From the NCBI GenBank assembly GCA_016206155.1, contig JACQSC010000006.1:1-52567 (forward strand): DNA of 52,567 nt, read 5' to 3'. Below, piece after piece: positions 37,463 to 47,213 of this stretch. Positions within the stretch are counted from its first letter, which is position 1, and each line of letters starts with the position of its first letter. Both the position numbers and the translations under genes were made by a program. Origin of the DNA: Candidatus Uhrbacteria bacterium (GTDB lineage: Bacteria > Patescibacteriota > Patescibacteriia > JACQRZ01). The notes below the pieces were generated by a model. It saw only the letters and a program-made list of their open reading frames with translations. It was not told where the DNA came from and searched no databases.

Positions 37463-37596
37463 CCCCGCACTTAACTCCGATCATCCTCATGCTGCGACAC
37501 GGCAGCAGGGGAAATCGAAGTGATGATGAATGAAATCGGCATAGTGTATATCATAGGACGGATGATTAATAGCAGCAATCGGAGTTAAGTGCGGGG
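37463..37596. mobile_element. 134-bp MITE-like element, copy 2
   Basis: Perfect 20-bp inverted repeat at 37462-37481/37578-37597. Supplies the stop codon of the upstream ATPase. Confidence 0.88.
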
Positions 37597-39051
37597 TTCT
37601 TTCTTTCCTCCCGGTATAAATGATAGCCCTCCAAGCGATATCGGTTCTGGAACTGCCTCTGGCTCTGTGCGTGTCTCTTTTCTTTTTTCATTCGCCGGAC
37701 CTCGTCGAACCATGCCAGGAACCATGCGAGACGGTCCTTTTTCCCGAGGCCCCTCCACTTCGGTTGAGGCTGACCACCGCGCCACTTTATCTTCGACGAC
37801 GCTTCTGACGCGCGCATAGCGCTCTCGCGAAACTCGGATGACCTTGTCGTATGAATCGGTTTTCTGCTCGGAAATCGGTGGAAGGCCAATGGCAGAAAAC
37901 GGTTCGGACACAATACCGTCAACAAGCAATTTGAGGTACATCTGATACTTGGGAAGATTCACAATGTCATCGATGACAAACCGCGGGGAAAACTCCTTTT
38001 CAAGATATTCGGCATCCGCCGCGCCGACGCGAAACGCAATGAGCGTACCGACGTTGCCAAAAACAGCCGGACGAACCGTGTCCGCGTCGAGCTGCTCAAT
38101 ATATTGGTGTGCCATAATCAATCCCAGATGGTACTTGCGCGCCTCAGACAAAATATTGGCAAAACTTTCAGTCGCGAAGTTCTGAAACTCGTCAACATAA
38201 AGAAAAAAATCTTTGCGTTCCGGCTCGGGAATTTCTACACGCTCCATCGCTGAGAGCTGGATTTTCGTAATAAACAATCCGCCCAATAATCGCGTGTTGT
38301 CCTCCCCGATGCGCCCCTTCGAAAGGTTGAGCACAAGGATCTTTCCTTCATCCATAATCTCGCGCACTTTGATTGTCGAGGTTACTTGGCCGACAATATT
38401 GCGGATAATGAACGTTGAGAGAAACTGTCCGACTTTATTCTGAATCGGCGCGATAGCCTCTTGAGCAAAGCGAGCCTCATACCGCGCGAACTCCGTAACC
38501 CAAAATGCCTTGACAACCGGATCTTTTATCTTTGCAACGACCTTCTGGCGGTACGTTTTGTCAGAAAGCATGCGATTAATGCCAAGCATCGTGCTTCCGG
38601 GATAATCAAGCAACGCCAAAATCGTGTTATTGAGAATGTACTCCATGCGAGCGCTCCACACGTCGGGCCAGATTTTTTTAAACACGCCCATGAGACCTGA
38701 CGAAATAAGGTGATTGTAGCGCTCCCCCGGTGTTTCCAGAATATTAAACGCGACCGGATAGTCAAGATCTGCGGGATTGATATACACGACGTCGTTGACG
38801 CGGGAAGGAGGAATAAAATTGAGAATCTTTTCCGCGAGATCACCGTGAGGATCCACAACACCTACCCCGTAGCCGCGCTGAATATCGTCAATAATCATAT
38901 TTTCCAAAAGCGTTGACTTACCCATACCGGTCTTTCCAATCATATACATATGCCGCAATCGGTCGTCACGCTTTATGCCAAATCGCCGTCGCTGGCTGCG
39001 AAAGTTTGTCTGGGCAAAAACGGTAATCTCATTTCTTTTATCATCTGTCAT
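37585..39051 (-). CDS. VirB4/TraG/HerA-like ATPase (stand-alone ATPase domain)
   Basis: RHMYMIGKTGMGKS, VDPHGDL, LYVDEFQNF, LSEARKY. Start set at MTDDKRNE because the track's longer N-terminus overlaps the upstream gene. Confidence 0.88.
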   Translation of the reverse strand: MTDDKRNEITVFAQTNFRSQRRRFGIKRDDRLRHMYMIGKTGMGKSTLLENMIIDDIQRGYGVGVVDPHGDLAEKILNFIPPSRVNDVVYINPADLDYPVAFNILETPGERYNHLISSGLMGVFKKIWPDVWSARMEYILNNTILALLDYPGSTMLGINRMLSDKTYRQKVVAKIKDPVVKAFWVTEFARYEARFAQEAIAPIQNKVGQFLSTFIIRNIVGQVTSTIKVREIMDEGKILVLNLSKGRIGEDNTRLLGGLFITKIQLSAMERVEIPEPERKDFFLYVDEFQNFATESFANILSEARKYHLGLIMAHQYIEQLDADTVRPAVFGNVGTLIAFRVGAADAEYLEKEFSPRFVIDDIVNLPKYQMYLKLLVDGIVSEPFSAIGLPPISEQKTDSYDKVIRVSRERYARVRSVVEDKVARWSASTEVEGPREKGPSRMVPGMVRRGPANEKRKETRTEPEAVPEPISLGGLSFIPGGKKEPRT

Positions 39052-39103
39052 ATTAGAATGATGAAATAATATATCATGAGCTGATGTCTGAAAGGTGTGC
39101 GGG

Positions 39104-40504
39104 CTATGCAAATGGTAAATTTTCAGGGATGTCGTCTTTTGGTTTTGGCGCTGGCGCAGGAGGCGCATAGTCATAATCAGCCATTGGCAGTCCCGACGGT
39201 GGCTCACCGCGCTTGACCTCTGCCTTGCGCAAGAGCGGCGCGCTGATGTCAAGCGATGGAAAATGCCAAAGCGTTGCAAGCTCCTCAACGCTCAACACGG
39301 CCGGCTTGTCGCCGCGTTTCACTGAGCGCCTGCGATATGCCCTCATCAGGATATTTTTGCGACGATTTAACCGATACTGGACAAAGTAATAATACGCGCG
39401 CACAAAGGTGCGCCTCCCAAGACCGAACGTATTCATATCATGGGCGTTAAACTGGCGGAACACGCCCATAATCCCTTGCACGGCGCGCTTGCGATTTTTT
39501 GACGCTATTTCCTTTCGCGCAATATAGAGTATGCGAATCTTTGACTTGTATCCCAGCTTGCTTGCCTTATTTGCGATACCATTCAAGAGCTCTCCAGGTC
39601 CATACGCCAATATGTTACTCCTGACCGCCAATGGATCATCGTCCTTATGTGCTGTTTCGCGGCCTTCCGGGGCTTTGCCGGCAACCGCAGAATGCACAAT
39701 ATACATAACCGCGTCGCCAAGTGCGTGAAGAAGCGCAAGAAGTGGGTTAGGTTCATCTTTCTTCCCGCCCCGAAGGCCGATCATTTTGTCAATCTCTTTG
39801 CGGCACGGATCTTGCCAGTCCTGTTCTATGGGAAGGATCGGATACTGTACCCAAAGCTCTTCTCCCGGCTGTATCGTTCCCATAAACTCAAACAGCTGAG
39901 AAAGCGGATCTTTAAACGTTCCGCTCAGCTTGTCTTCAAACAAAGGGTAGGTCTTGATGGGCCAGCACTGGCTTTTTTTCAGCACCAGCTCGGTCCCCCA
40001 TGCATCCCACTCATCGCTTGGATACTTGTTTGGATACTTTAGCGTATAGTCTTGTGCCTCATGAACCTCCGCATCCGGATACTGGGCAAAAATCGCCGCC
40101 TCGAAGATGTCCCGTTGGCGGACAGGAATATAGATATAAAATTGGATAAAACCGCCGTGGCTTGCGATTTCGCACGCGAACCATTCTTGCTTCCTGCCTT
40201 CCACATAGTTCTCCCACATATTAATGGACACGTGGAGCCCCATAAGTGACGAGAAGAAGTTCTCGGTTGCTTTTGCTGTCTGCTCGCTGCGCTTGGGAAC
40301 GTTGACTGCCAAGAGCATGAATTTAAATTTATCATGCTCGTACTGCTCGTGAATTTCAAAAATCCACAATTCCCAGAGCCCGAGTAAAAGGGTAAGAAGA
40401 ATAAGAAACCAACCGCCGTGAACGATTAAGTACCCCATGGCGGCAAAGGGGTTGTCAAAGGTGGGAAGTGAGAGGAAAAAGGCTAGCGGCGGTGGGAGAT
40501 CCAT
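39104..40504 (-). CDS. Membrane-anchored partner of the VirB4-like ATPase, homologous to the N-terminal domain of 24927-27125
   Basis: N-terminal TM, then ACEI...FYI...FAQYPDAEV, DPL and ELATLWHFP. Confidence 0.8.
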   Translation of the reverse strand: MDLPPPLAFFLSLPTFDNPFAAMGYLIVHGGWFLILLTLLLGLWELWIFEIHEQYEHDKFKFMLLAVNVPKRSEQTAKATENFFSSLMGLHVSINMWENYVEGRKQEWFACEIASHGGFIQFYIYIPVRQRDIFEAAIFAQYPDAEVHEAQDYTLKYPNKYPSDEWDAWGTELVLKKSQCWPIKTYPLFEDKLSGTFKDPLSQLFEFMGTIQPGEELWVQYPILPIEQDWQDPCRKEIDKMIGLRGGKKDEPNPLLALLHALGDAVMYIVHSAVAGKAPEGRETAHKDDDPLAVRSNILAYGPGELLNGIANKASKLGYKSKIRILYIARKEIASKNRKRAVQGIMGVFRQFNAHDMNTFGLGRRTFVRAYYYFVQYRLNRRKNILMRAYRRRSVKRGDKPAVLSVEELATLWHFPSLDISAPLLRKAEVKRGEPPSGLPMADYDYAPPAPAPKPKDDIPENLPFA

Positions 40505-40511
40505 GAGGGCA

Positions 40512-40692
40512 GGGTTTAGGGTACAGGGTTTAGGGTTTATGGTTTAGGGTTTAGACGCGAAAACCAAAGAAGGATCTTTGGATCCTTATTTAGTATTATA
40601 GCATAGATTTCTCATTCATTCAATACAAAAAAGGCTCGTTAAACGAGTCCTAAACCCTAAACCCTAAACCCTAAACCCTAAACCCTGTACCC
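40512..40692. repeat. Inverted pair of TTTAGGG / TAAACCC heptamer tracts
   Basis: G-rich tract at 40512-40554; (TAAACCC)5 at 40651-40685 followed by TGTACCC. Confidence 0.88.
40627..40650 (-). terminator. Putative intrinsic terminator after secF
   Basis: Minus strand GGACTCGTTTAACGAGCC-TTTTTT. Confidence 0.5.
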
Positions 40693-41585
40693 TATGCCCT
40701 TTTCTTAAAATTGTGCCAAATAACCAATAGCGGTGAGGCGATAAAAATTGACGAGTAGGTTCCAATACCTATGCCAAAGATAAGCGCAAGGGCAAAATAC
40801 CGAAGCGACTCGCCCCCGAAGAAAAAGATTGCAAACAGAACCAAAAGAACAGTCAATGAGGTATTGATTGAACGGACAATTGTCTGATTGATAGACATAT
40901 TCACAATCTCCTCAAAATTTCCCCGATGCTTCGTAAGATTTTCGCGGATGCGGTCGAAGACCACAATCGTGTCATGAACCGAAAACCCAATGACGGTAAG
41001 AATGGCGGGGATAAATGAACTGGTAATTTCAACACCGCCGAATTTTCCGAGGAGTGCAAATACGCCCAATACGAACGGCACATCGTGGAATAACGTAACA
41101 AGGGCAACAACACCGTATTTCCATGACACGACAGGGAAAGAAACCTTTCGAAACACAATACTGATATAAAGGCAAATAAGCAAAAGCGCGATCAAAAGGG
41201 CCCATAATGATTTTGTGCGTAACTCCTCGCCAATCACCGGACCAATAGACTCAAATGCCCTCTCGGAAAGATTCGCATCGCCTTTTTTCAATTCTGCAAG
41301 AATCTTCTGATGGGTGTCTTCATCAACGTCGCGAAATCGTGCAATCATCCCCTTCTCGCCCGCAGGCTTGATCTCTGCATCGCGAATGTCGAGCGCCTCA
41401 AAATGCTTGGAAAGCGTCGCGGTGTCCGGCCGTACTTGTGAATATTCAACCTCAAGGAGGCTTCCACCTGTATACTCGATGCCGAATTTAAGACCGAATG
41501 AGATAAGGCTTACTATCGCGACAAGCGTGTAGGCGGCGGCGATCGAAAGGAAAAGCATTCTCTTTTTAATGATAGGAAGGGTCAT
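40692..41585 (-). CDS. secF: Protein translocase subunit SecF
   Basis: GIEYTGGS, IGPVIGEEL, LFHD, GFSVHDTIVVFDRIREN, GTYSSIFIASP. Confidence 0.96.
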   Translation of the reverse strand: MTLPIIKKRMLFLSIAAAYTLVAIVSLISFGLKFGIEYTGGSLLEVEYSQVRPDTATLSKHFEALDIRDAEIKPAGEKGMIARFRDVDEDTHQKILAELKKGDANLSERAFESIGPVIGEELRTKSLWALLIALLLICLYISIVFRKVSFPVVSWKYGVVALVTLFHDVPFVLGVFALLGKFGGVEITSSFIPAILTVIGFSVHDTIVVFDRIRENLTKHRGNFEEIVNMSINQTIVRSINTSLTVLLVLFAIFFFGGESLRYFALALIFGIGIGTYSSIFIASPLLVIWHNFKKRA

Positions 41586-41590
41586 GCTAC

Positions 41591-41687
41591 TAGAATCAAG
41601 AATTAAGAATTACGAATTACGAATTACGAATGGAGCCGCATGGATTCAATCCTGCTTGATTCATAATTCTTGATTCATAATTCATCA
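41591..41687. repeat. Inverted pair of heptamer tracts (AAGAATT/ACGAATT and ATTCATA/ATTCTTG) in the secD-secF spacer
   Basis: Tracts at 41591-41630 and 41657-41687. Confidence 0.75.
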
Positions 41688-41716
41688 GTGCTGTCAGAAC
41701 AAACATACAGAAACGA

Positions 41717-43795
41717 TTACTCCTTCCGAGTACAGAAAAGCCATCTATTCCTCGCGATCCTCCATCCCGCTACGACTTTCAAAAACAGGCGCGAAACAGC
41801 GATTGCGGAGAACATACTGACAAGAATACCAATCGCGAGCGTCAGCGCAAATCCTTTGATAAGACTTGCGGAAAACCAAAACAGAATTACGCAGGTGATC
41901 AGTGAAGATACATTACTGTCTCGAATGGACGTCCATGCCCGCTTGAATCCTTGCGTTACTGACGAATCAAGGCCTTTGCGATCGCGAAGCTCCTCTTTCA
42001 TGCGTTCAAAAATAAGAATGTTCGCATCAACCGCCATACCGACAGACAGAATAAATCCGGCAATTCCCGCCAAGCTGAGCGTAACGGGCCATAGTTTAAA
42101 AATCGCCAAGACAATCGCAGTGTAAACAACAAGCGCGCACACCGCCAAAAGGCCGGGTAGGCGATAAAACAGGATCATAAAAATCACAACAAGAAGAAAG
42201 CCAAACAGCCCCGCCATGAGGCTTTTTTCAAGGGACTCCTGTCCTAGTGAGGGGCCAATCGTCTGCTGGGAGAGCAGCTTGATTGGCACGGGAAGCGCGC
42301 CGGTGTTTAATCGCTGCGCAAGAAGCTTTGCCTCCTTCAAGCTAAAGTCGCCGGTTATGACAGCGTTTCCACCTTCAATCGCCTGCTGAACCGTTGGAAT
42401 GCTAATGGGTTGGCTGTCGAGAAACACCGCGATCGGCTTCCCTATATTTGCGCGAGTAATATCGGCAAACAACTTTTTTCCCTCGCCATTAAATTCCAGA
42501 GCAACCTGCGGCACGCCAGTCGGATTATTAAAATCAACACTTGCGCGCGTCAGTTGTTTTCCGGTGAGTCCCGTGTCCTTCCATGGCTCTTGTGGCGGCA
42601 CGATGTCTTCTTTTTTCTTTGTCCCAAAGAAGAGACGCGCAACGCGATATTCACCAAGGGGCCGCTCGTCGCGCTTCCAGATAATGTGGTAGCCGAATTC
42701 GCTTTCAACAACATCGGATATTGAATTTTTCCCTATCTTGAACGCGGTTTCTTCAAAAATCGGAACCATCCTTCCTTTTCCAAACCAGCCAAGTTCGCCT
42801 CCGCCGGTATCAGCGCCCGGCTCCGTTGAGTGTTTCTTTGCGAGATCGATAAAATTCTCGGGCGTTGCCTGCTTCTTCACGTCATCAATTGCCTTGCGCG
42901 CATCTTCTTTTGATGTTTCCTTTTCACAGCTGGTTGCGCCCTTATAGCAAACAAGGATGTGGTTTGCCATCACCTCTCTGTCTTCGCGCTGCTCAAGCAG
43001 TTTCACTACCGAATATCCGTCGGCATACTCAAGCACATCGTTTTTTACCTCGCCGGGTTTCAACCCTTCTGTTGCGGTCAAAAGATAACTTTGCGGTGAA
43101 TTCTTGCTGATCCATCCAACCTCCCCGCCTTTTTCCTTGCTTGTTGGTTCCTCAGAAAGATCTTTTGCGAGCTTGCCAAAATCCGCATTCTTTTCCGTTG
43201 CTTTCTTTAGCGCATCTTCAGCCTTCTTTCGCGCGCCGGCGTTATACGCATCAAGCTCTTTTTTTTGCTCGGGACTCAATTCCTGGGACTTTGGAGTAAG
43301 GTCTTGCTCCTTAAACTCAAGAAGCGGCGTGTCGCCGATCATTTTTATAGCTTGTGAAACGTCGCTAATACCGGCAAGCTCAACAATAATACGATAGGCA
43401 TCTCCGACCTTCACGGTCTGGACCAGAGGCTCGGCTACACCGAACAAGTCGACGCGCCGCTCGATGACATCGCGCACGCCGTCAATGGCTGATTTTTTCT
43501 GATCAAAAGTTACGCGTGAAAGATCTGCCTCATAGACAAGGTGCGTCCCGCCACGCAGGTCAAGACCGAGACGAAAAGCAGGATTGAGCGAGGAAGGAAA
43601 AGCAACAGCAGGCAGATTAACCGATTGTAGCCCCGGAACGCGATTAAGTTTACTGTTCAGTGATGAAAGATTTGCGTTATAGCCCTCAGTCGCGGAGTAC
43701 ATGGCTGATACAAGAAAAAGAACCGCAATAAAAAAAAGCATCCAGCGAAGTTTTCCGCGGCCTTTTGGAGCAAAAAATCGTTTGAGTCGTTTCAT
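41717..43795 (-). CDS. secD: SecD with two inserted parvulin-type PPIase domains
   Basis: SecD motifs LGLDLRGG, GVAEP, GALPVP, GMAVDANILIFER. Inserted FGKLAKDLSEEP..KGGEVGW and HILV...LAKKHSTEPG...GGELGWF..GRMV..FE..AF...SEFGYHII. Confidence 0.93.
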   Translation of the reverse strand: MKRLKRFFAPKGRGKLRWMLFFIAVLFLVSAMYSATEGYNANLSSLNSKLNRVPGLQSVNLPAVAFPSSLNPAFRLGLDLRGGTHLVYEADLSRVTFDQKKSAIDGVRDVIERRVDLFGVAEPLVQTVKVGDAYRIIVELAGISDVSQAIKMIGDTPLLEFKEQDLTPKSQELSPEQKKELDAYNAGARKKAEDALKKATEKNADFGKLAKDLSEEPTSKEKGGEVGWISKNSPQSYLLTATEGLKPGEVKNDVLEYADGYSVVKLLEQREDREVMANHILVCYKGATSCEKETSKEDARKAIDDVKKQATPENFIDLAKKHSTEPGADTGGGELGWFGKGRMVPIFEETAFKIGKNSISDVVESEFGYHIIWKRDERPLGEYRVARLFFGTKKKEDIVPPQEPWKDTGLTGKQLTRASVDFNNPTGVPQVALEFNGEGKKLFADITRANIGKPIAVFLDSQPISIPTVQQAIEGGNAVITGDFSLKEAKLLAQRLNTGALPVPIKLLSQQTIGPSLGQESLEKSLMAGLFGFLLVVIFMILFYRLPGLLAVCALVVYTAIVLAIFKLWPVTLSLAGIAGFILSVGMAVDANILIFERMKEELRDRKGLDSSVTQGFKRAWTSIRDSNVSSLITCVILFWFSASLIKGFALTLAIGILVSMFSAIAVSRLFLKVVAGWRIARNRWLFCTRKE

Positions 43796-43929
43796 AGATG
43801 GAAACAATCCACAGGTATGGTGCTAGTGTACAGAAAAACAAATTTTTTGCAACTATGTGCAAAAAGAGGCGACGACCCTGCAAAACGCGAGAACCGACGT
43901 CTGTGAACATGTCAAGCGCCTGTCGGTAT

Positions 43930-46900
43930 CTAAAGATTCTTCTTGAGGATGATGTCCATGATACGCATATCCTGTTCTGCGCTTGATGGCTTCAGGCTGT
44001 CTAAATACTCCTTAAGCGCCATCACGTCGCCATGGCTGAACTTTGAGTCAAGCTGAAGCAGCTTTGCGAGGTTGGGAGTGGAAACGGATTTGATATGTCC
44101 GTCAACTGTTTCACTAAGGTCTTTCATGGTCATGCCCCCCTCGCGGAAAAGGTCAAGCTTCAGGAGATCTGGGTTGATCTTCCCCTCCTTCCCTAATGTT
44201 TTGGCTATCTGCTCAAACGCCTCATGTTTCTGATCGATAGTCATTGACGCGAGGTCAAGCTTTGCCGGCTTCGCTGCTTCAGCACCTGCAGAACCGCTTG
44301 CCGTCTCCGCAACGGGCGCAGGTGCGACAGATGCACTTGCGGGTGCAACTTCGGCAACAGAAGGAGTTGGTACTGGAGTAGAACCGGTAGCTGATTCCAC
44401 TGCCGGTGACCCAGTTGCCACCTCACCGAGCGGAACAGATGCCGTAGCCGGAGCTCCCGCTGGGGGAACACTTATCGACTCGCTTCCCAGCGCTGTTACA
44501 GGCGCACGTGGAACAGGCCGCTCTTCCCAAGAAAGCCACCCATTCCATTCCTCTGCTGGAATGTTGCCTGCGACCCGATCCACGGTTACATGCTTGGCGC
44601 GATACGCTTTGTCAAAAAGTTCATTGAGGTGTTCGGGGTCATAGAAAAGTACCGCACGACGTCCGTTCGTAACGCCTAACGCCCCTTCTTTCACAAGATC
44701 CTTAAACACTTGATAAATTGTTCCTTTATCTGAAGGGCGGAGATCGCTAATTCCCTCGTACTGTTTGAGATATTCTATCTCACCGATGCAAAGTTTGCTT
44801 AAAAGGCTCAACATGGCGTTGGTATCAGATACCCCTTCCGGAATAGGCCGTGAAAGGGCAATACCCTTTACCGATGATTGTGCATTGATAGATTGCTCAT
44901 TGATAATCCCTTGTGTTGCAAGTTTGTCCAAAAACTCTTGTGCCGCGGGATCAATAAGGGGCCTGCCCTGCTCATGGCTAAACGCAAGCGCCTGATCACT
45001 AAACCGTAGTGATGCTGTTGTAATATTCTGCATTTCCGGAAGCGTCGCTCCTTCCACTATAGGTATACCGACTTTCGCTGCTGCTGCTTGTGCTGCTGCA
45101 TTCTCTACCGGTGCAGCGCCTGCCCCAACTCGTGCTCGTGGTGTCTCTGCCGCTGCTCCTCCGCGTGCTGTCGGCGGTGCTGTTTCCGCTGCGCCTTTTG
45201 GTTCTTCTGCTTCAAACCCAAACCACCGATTCCAGCGATCAGGAGAAATTTTTGCCGCGTAATCGTCTGCGGTTGCTACTGCCCAGTCGTGCGCTTCAGT
45301 GGAATAAGCATAATCTTTCGCAAGTTCCCGTGGATCGTATTCAAGTGTTACCGTCCCCGTTGCCTTGTCAAAAGAAAGAAATCCATCCTTGCGCAGATTA
45401 TACATCATATTCAAAAGCGCGCCCTTCTCGTCTACTGACAGCACATTTAATCCATCTTTTGCAAGAGCATCATGTACCGTCCCTGTCATCACCTTACCCA
45501 AAAACTGCATGAGAATATGATCCTCTGCTGAATCTTCTTTCGAAAGCCCCTCACCTACTTTTGATGTAAGATACATTGTGTCATCCTCTTTTTCATAATG
45601 CAGCCCCTCCTTCTCGAATAATTTCATGACGTCTTCGATGCTCGTTTGATCGGCATCTGCCGTAGCTGCTCCAAAAAACGTATCTGCTTGATCTGCAATA
45701 GTCATTTGCTTCAAGGATTCAATGGTTACTTCCTCCATTGGGGGAATATCTGCAGCCGCACCCGCAGGCGGTTCGGCTGCAGGAGGAGCTGCCGGCTCTG
45801 CAGCTGCTGCACCCTCTTCCGCTGCTGGTTCTCCTGCTGGAGGAGCTGCCGGCACGACGGCTTGCGCCTCTGCCGCACCCGCAGGCGGAGAGAAATCAAA
45901 GAACTTTATCAATGAACCGAAAGACTCTTGAATGGTCTTGCCGGCCTCTTTTGCCAATTGCGCCATTTGTTGCGGATGAATGTCTCCAAGGCGTCTTAGA
46001 TGCGCAATGCCCGGAAGCACCACCGCCGCTGTCGTGAGAAGCGCAACGGTGGTAACGCCTTTAATCTTCTTTTCCTTCTGCGCCTTTGCGATATCGCTGC
46101 CCAGTTCTTTTATCGTGCTGTCCAAAAACTTCATGCACTGCTCTGCTTTCTGTTCGGCTTCACCTCCAGTTTCTGCCTCCTCAAATTGGCACACGCCTTC
46201 CGAGGTCTGCACGCTGTATGCCTTGAGCAAAGCCTGATAGCGCGGATCCTGCAAGAGCTCTGTCTTGCCATACAGCGTAACGGCTGAGGAGGCATCAACA
46301 AAACGCTTTTTTATCTCTTCTGGTGGAAGTTGCTCAATACTCTCGGGTGTCAATTGTTCAAAAAGTTTGAATCGCTGCAACAATGGTTTGTCTTTATCAT
46401 AGCTGGGCTGCAGTTTCATCAGCGGAAGCTCTTCGCGTGCCCATTGCAATACATCCCGACTGGCAACACCAACGCCAAGCCCCCTCATGGCAGCAAGTCC
46501 GGCAACTGCCCCAAGGCCTACATCAAGCGCCTTTGCCGCAACGCCGAACGCGCCAAACCCAACGCCAACAAGACCAAGAGCGATCGCGGTGCGGGGCGTC
46601 ATCATCTTTCCGACAAAACGCAAGGTTCCCGCAAGTCGCGGGTCCATGTCTTTTGGAAGCGTGAGGTGCAATTTTTCACCCAAGATCTTCTGTGCGCTCC
46701 ATTCCGAGTTCCATGTATTGAGCGTTTTCCACGCTTTAACAATTGGGTTCTGTTCCTGCCCTCCTGTTTTCTCATGGGCCTTGCTCATCTGGAGAACCTC
46801 ATCCTCTATCAGCATCTCGCGCGCATTGGCATCGCTCATGATAAGTTCACTTGCCGTTTCCGTATATGCCTTATCTGCCGCATCGTACTGATCTTTAAAC

Positions 46901-47193
46901 GATTCATATTCTTGCGTTATTCTTTCCCGCGCAGAACCATCGCGATCAAAAAATTGCCGCAGACCTCCCAGAACTCCTGAAAAACGCCTTTGTTCTTCGA
47001 GGTTCTTTTCCATCGCTTGTTGCGCTGCAATTCTCCGCGCACTCAATTCTTGCGTTCGCTTTCGCAGCTCTTCAATGGACTGTTGGGATGCGTCCACCTC
47101 GGGAACATGCTTTTCCACCTCTCGGGGACTATCGGGAGAAAACGTTATTGATGTAACCGTTGGTTCGGTTGATCGTGTTGTTGTTTTCGGCAT
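43930..47193 (-). CDS. Large hypothetical protein with coiled coil, Gly-rich hydrophobic segment, Ala/Pro linkers and an internally duplicated domain
   Basis: 1087-aa ORF. The motif DKG...Y...KDG/EGAL...YDP..L...W..W occurs twice. Confidence 0.75.
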   Translation of the reverse strand: MPKTTTRSTEPTVTSITFSPDSPREVEKHVPEVDASQQSIEELRKRTQELSARRIAAQQAMEKNLEEQRRFSGVLGGLRQFFDRDGSARERITQEYESFKDQYDAADKAYTETASELIMSDANAREMLIEDEVLQMSKAHEKTGGQEQNPIVKAWKTLNTWNSEWSAQKILGEKLHLTLPKDMDPRLAGTLRFVGKMMTPRTAIALGLVGVGFGAFGVAAKALDVGLGAVAGLAAMRGLGVGVASRDVLQWAREELPLMKLQPSYDKDKPLLQRFKLFEQLTPESIEQLPPEEIKKRFVDASSAVTLYGKTELLQDPRYQALLKAYSVQTSEGVCQFEEAETGGEAEQKAEQCMKFLDSTIKELGSDIAKAQKEKKIKGVTTVALLTTAAVVLPGIAHLRRLGDIHPQQMAQLAKEAGKTIQESFGSLIKFFDFSPPAGAAEAQAVVPAAPPAGEPAAEEGAAAAEPAAPPAAEPPAGAAADIPPMEEVTIESLKQMTIADQADTFFGAATADADQTSIEDVMKLFEKEGLHYEKEDDTMYLTSKVGEGLSKEDSAEDHILMQFLGKVMTGTVHDALAKDGLNVLSVDEKGALLNMMYNLRKDGFLSFDKATGTVTLEYDPRELAKDYAYSTEAHDWAVATADDYAAKISPDRWNRWFGFEAEEPKGAAETAPPTARGGAAAETPRARVGAGAAPVENAAAQAAAAKVGIPIVEGATLPEMQNITTASLRFSDQALAFSHEQGRPLIDPAAQEFLDKLATQGIINEQSINAQSSVKGIALSRPIPEGVSDTNAMLSLLSKLCIGEIEYLKQYEGISDLRPSDKGTIYQVFKDLVKEGALGVTNGRRAVLFYDPEHLNELFDKAYRAKHVTVDRVAGNIPAEEWNGWLSWEERPVPRAPVTALGSESISVPPAGAPATASVPLGEVATGSPAVESATGSTPVPTPSVAEVAPASASVAPAPVAETASGSAGAEAAKPAKLDLASMTIDQKHEAFEQIAKTLGKEGKINPDLLKLDLFREGGMTMKDLSETVDGHIKSVSTPNLAKLLQLDSKFSHGDVMALKEYLDSLKPSSAEQDMRIMDIILKKNL

Positions 47194-47213
47194 ATTGAAG
47201 ACCTCTAATCGGC

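Noticed and set aside
39052-39288. N-terminal extension of the second ATPase given in the ORF track
   Set aside because: It overlaps the upstream gene by ~185 nt, and homology to the paralog begins just after MTDDKRNE.
16943-40692. Eukaryotic telomere contamination or misassembly as the source of TTTAGGG/TTAGGGG tracts
   Set aside because: The tracts are short, degenerate, of several unrelated heptamer types, and sit precisely within intact bacterial operon spacers.
13976-46980. Long antisense ORFs (e.g. 13976-14677, 17120-17749, 25491-26300, 46330-46980)
   Set aside because: They are shadow frames opposite well-supported genes and lack recognisable motifs.
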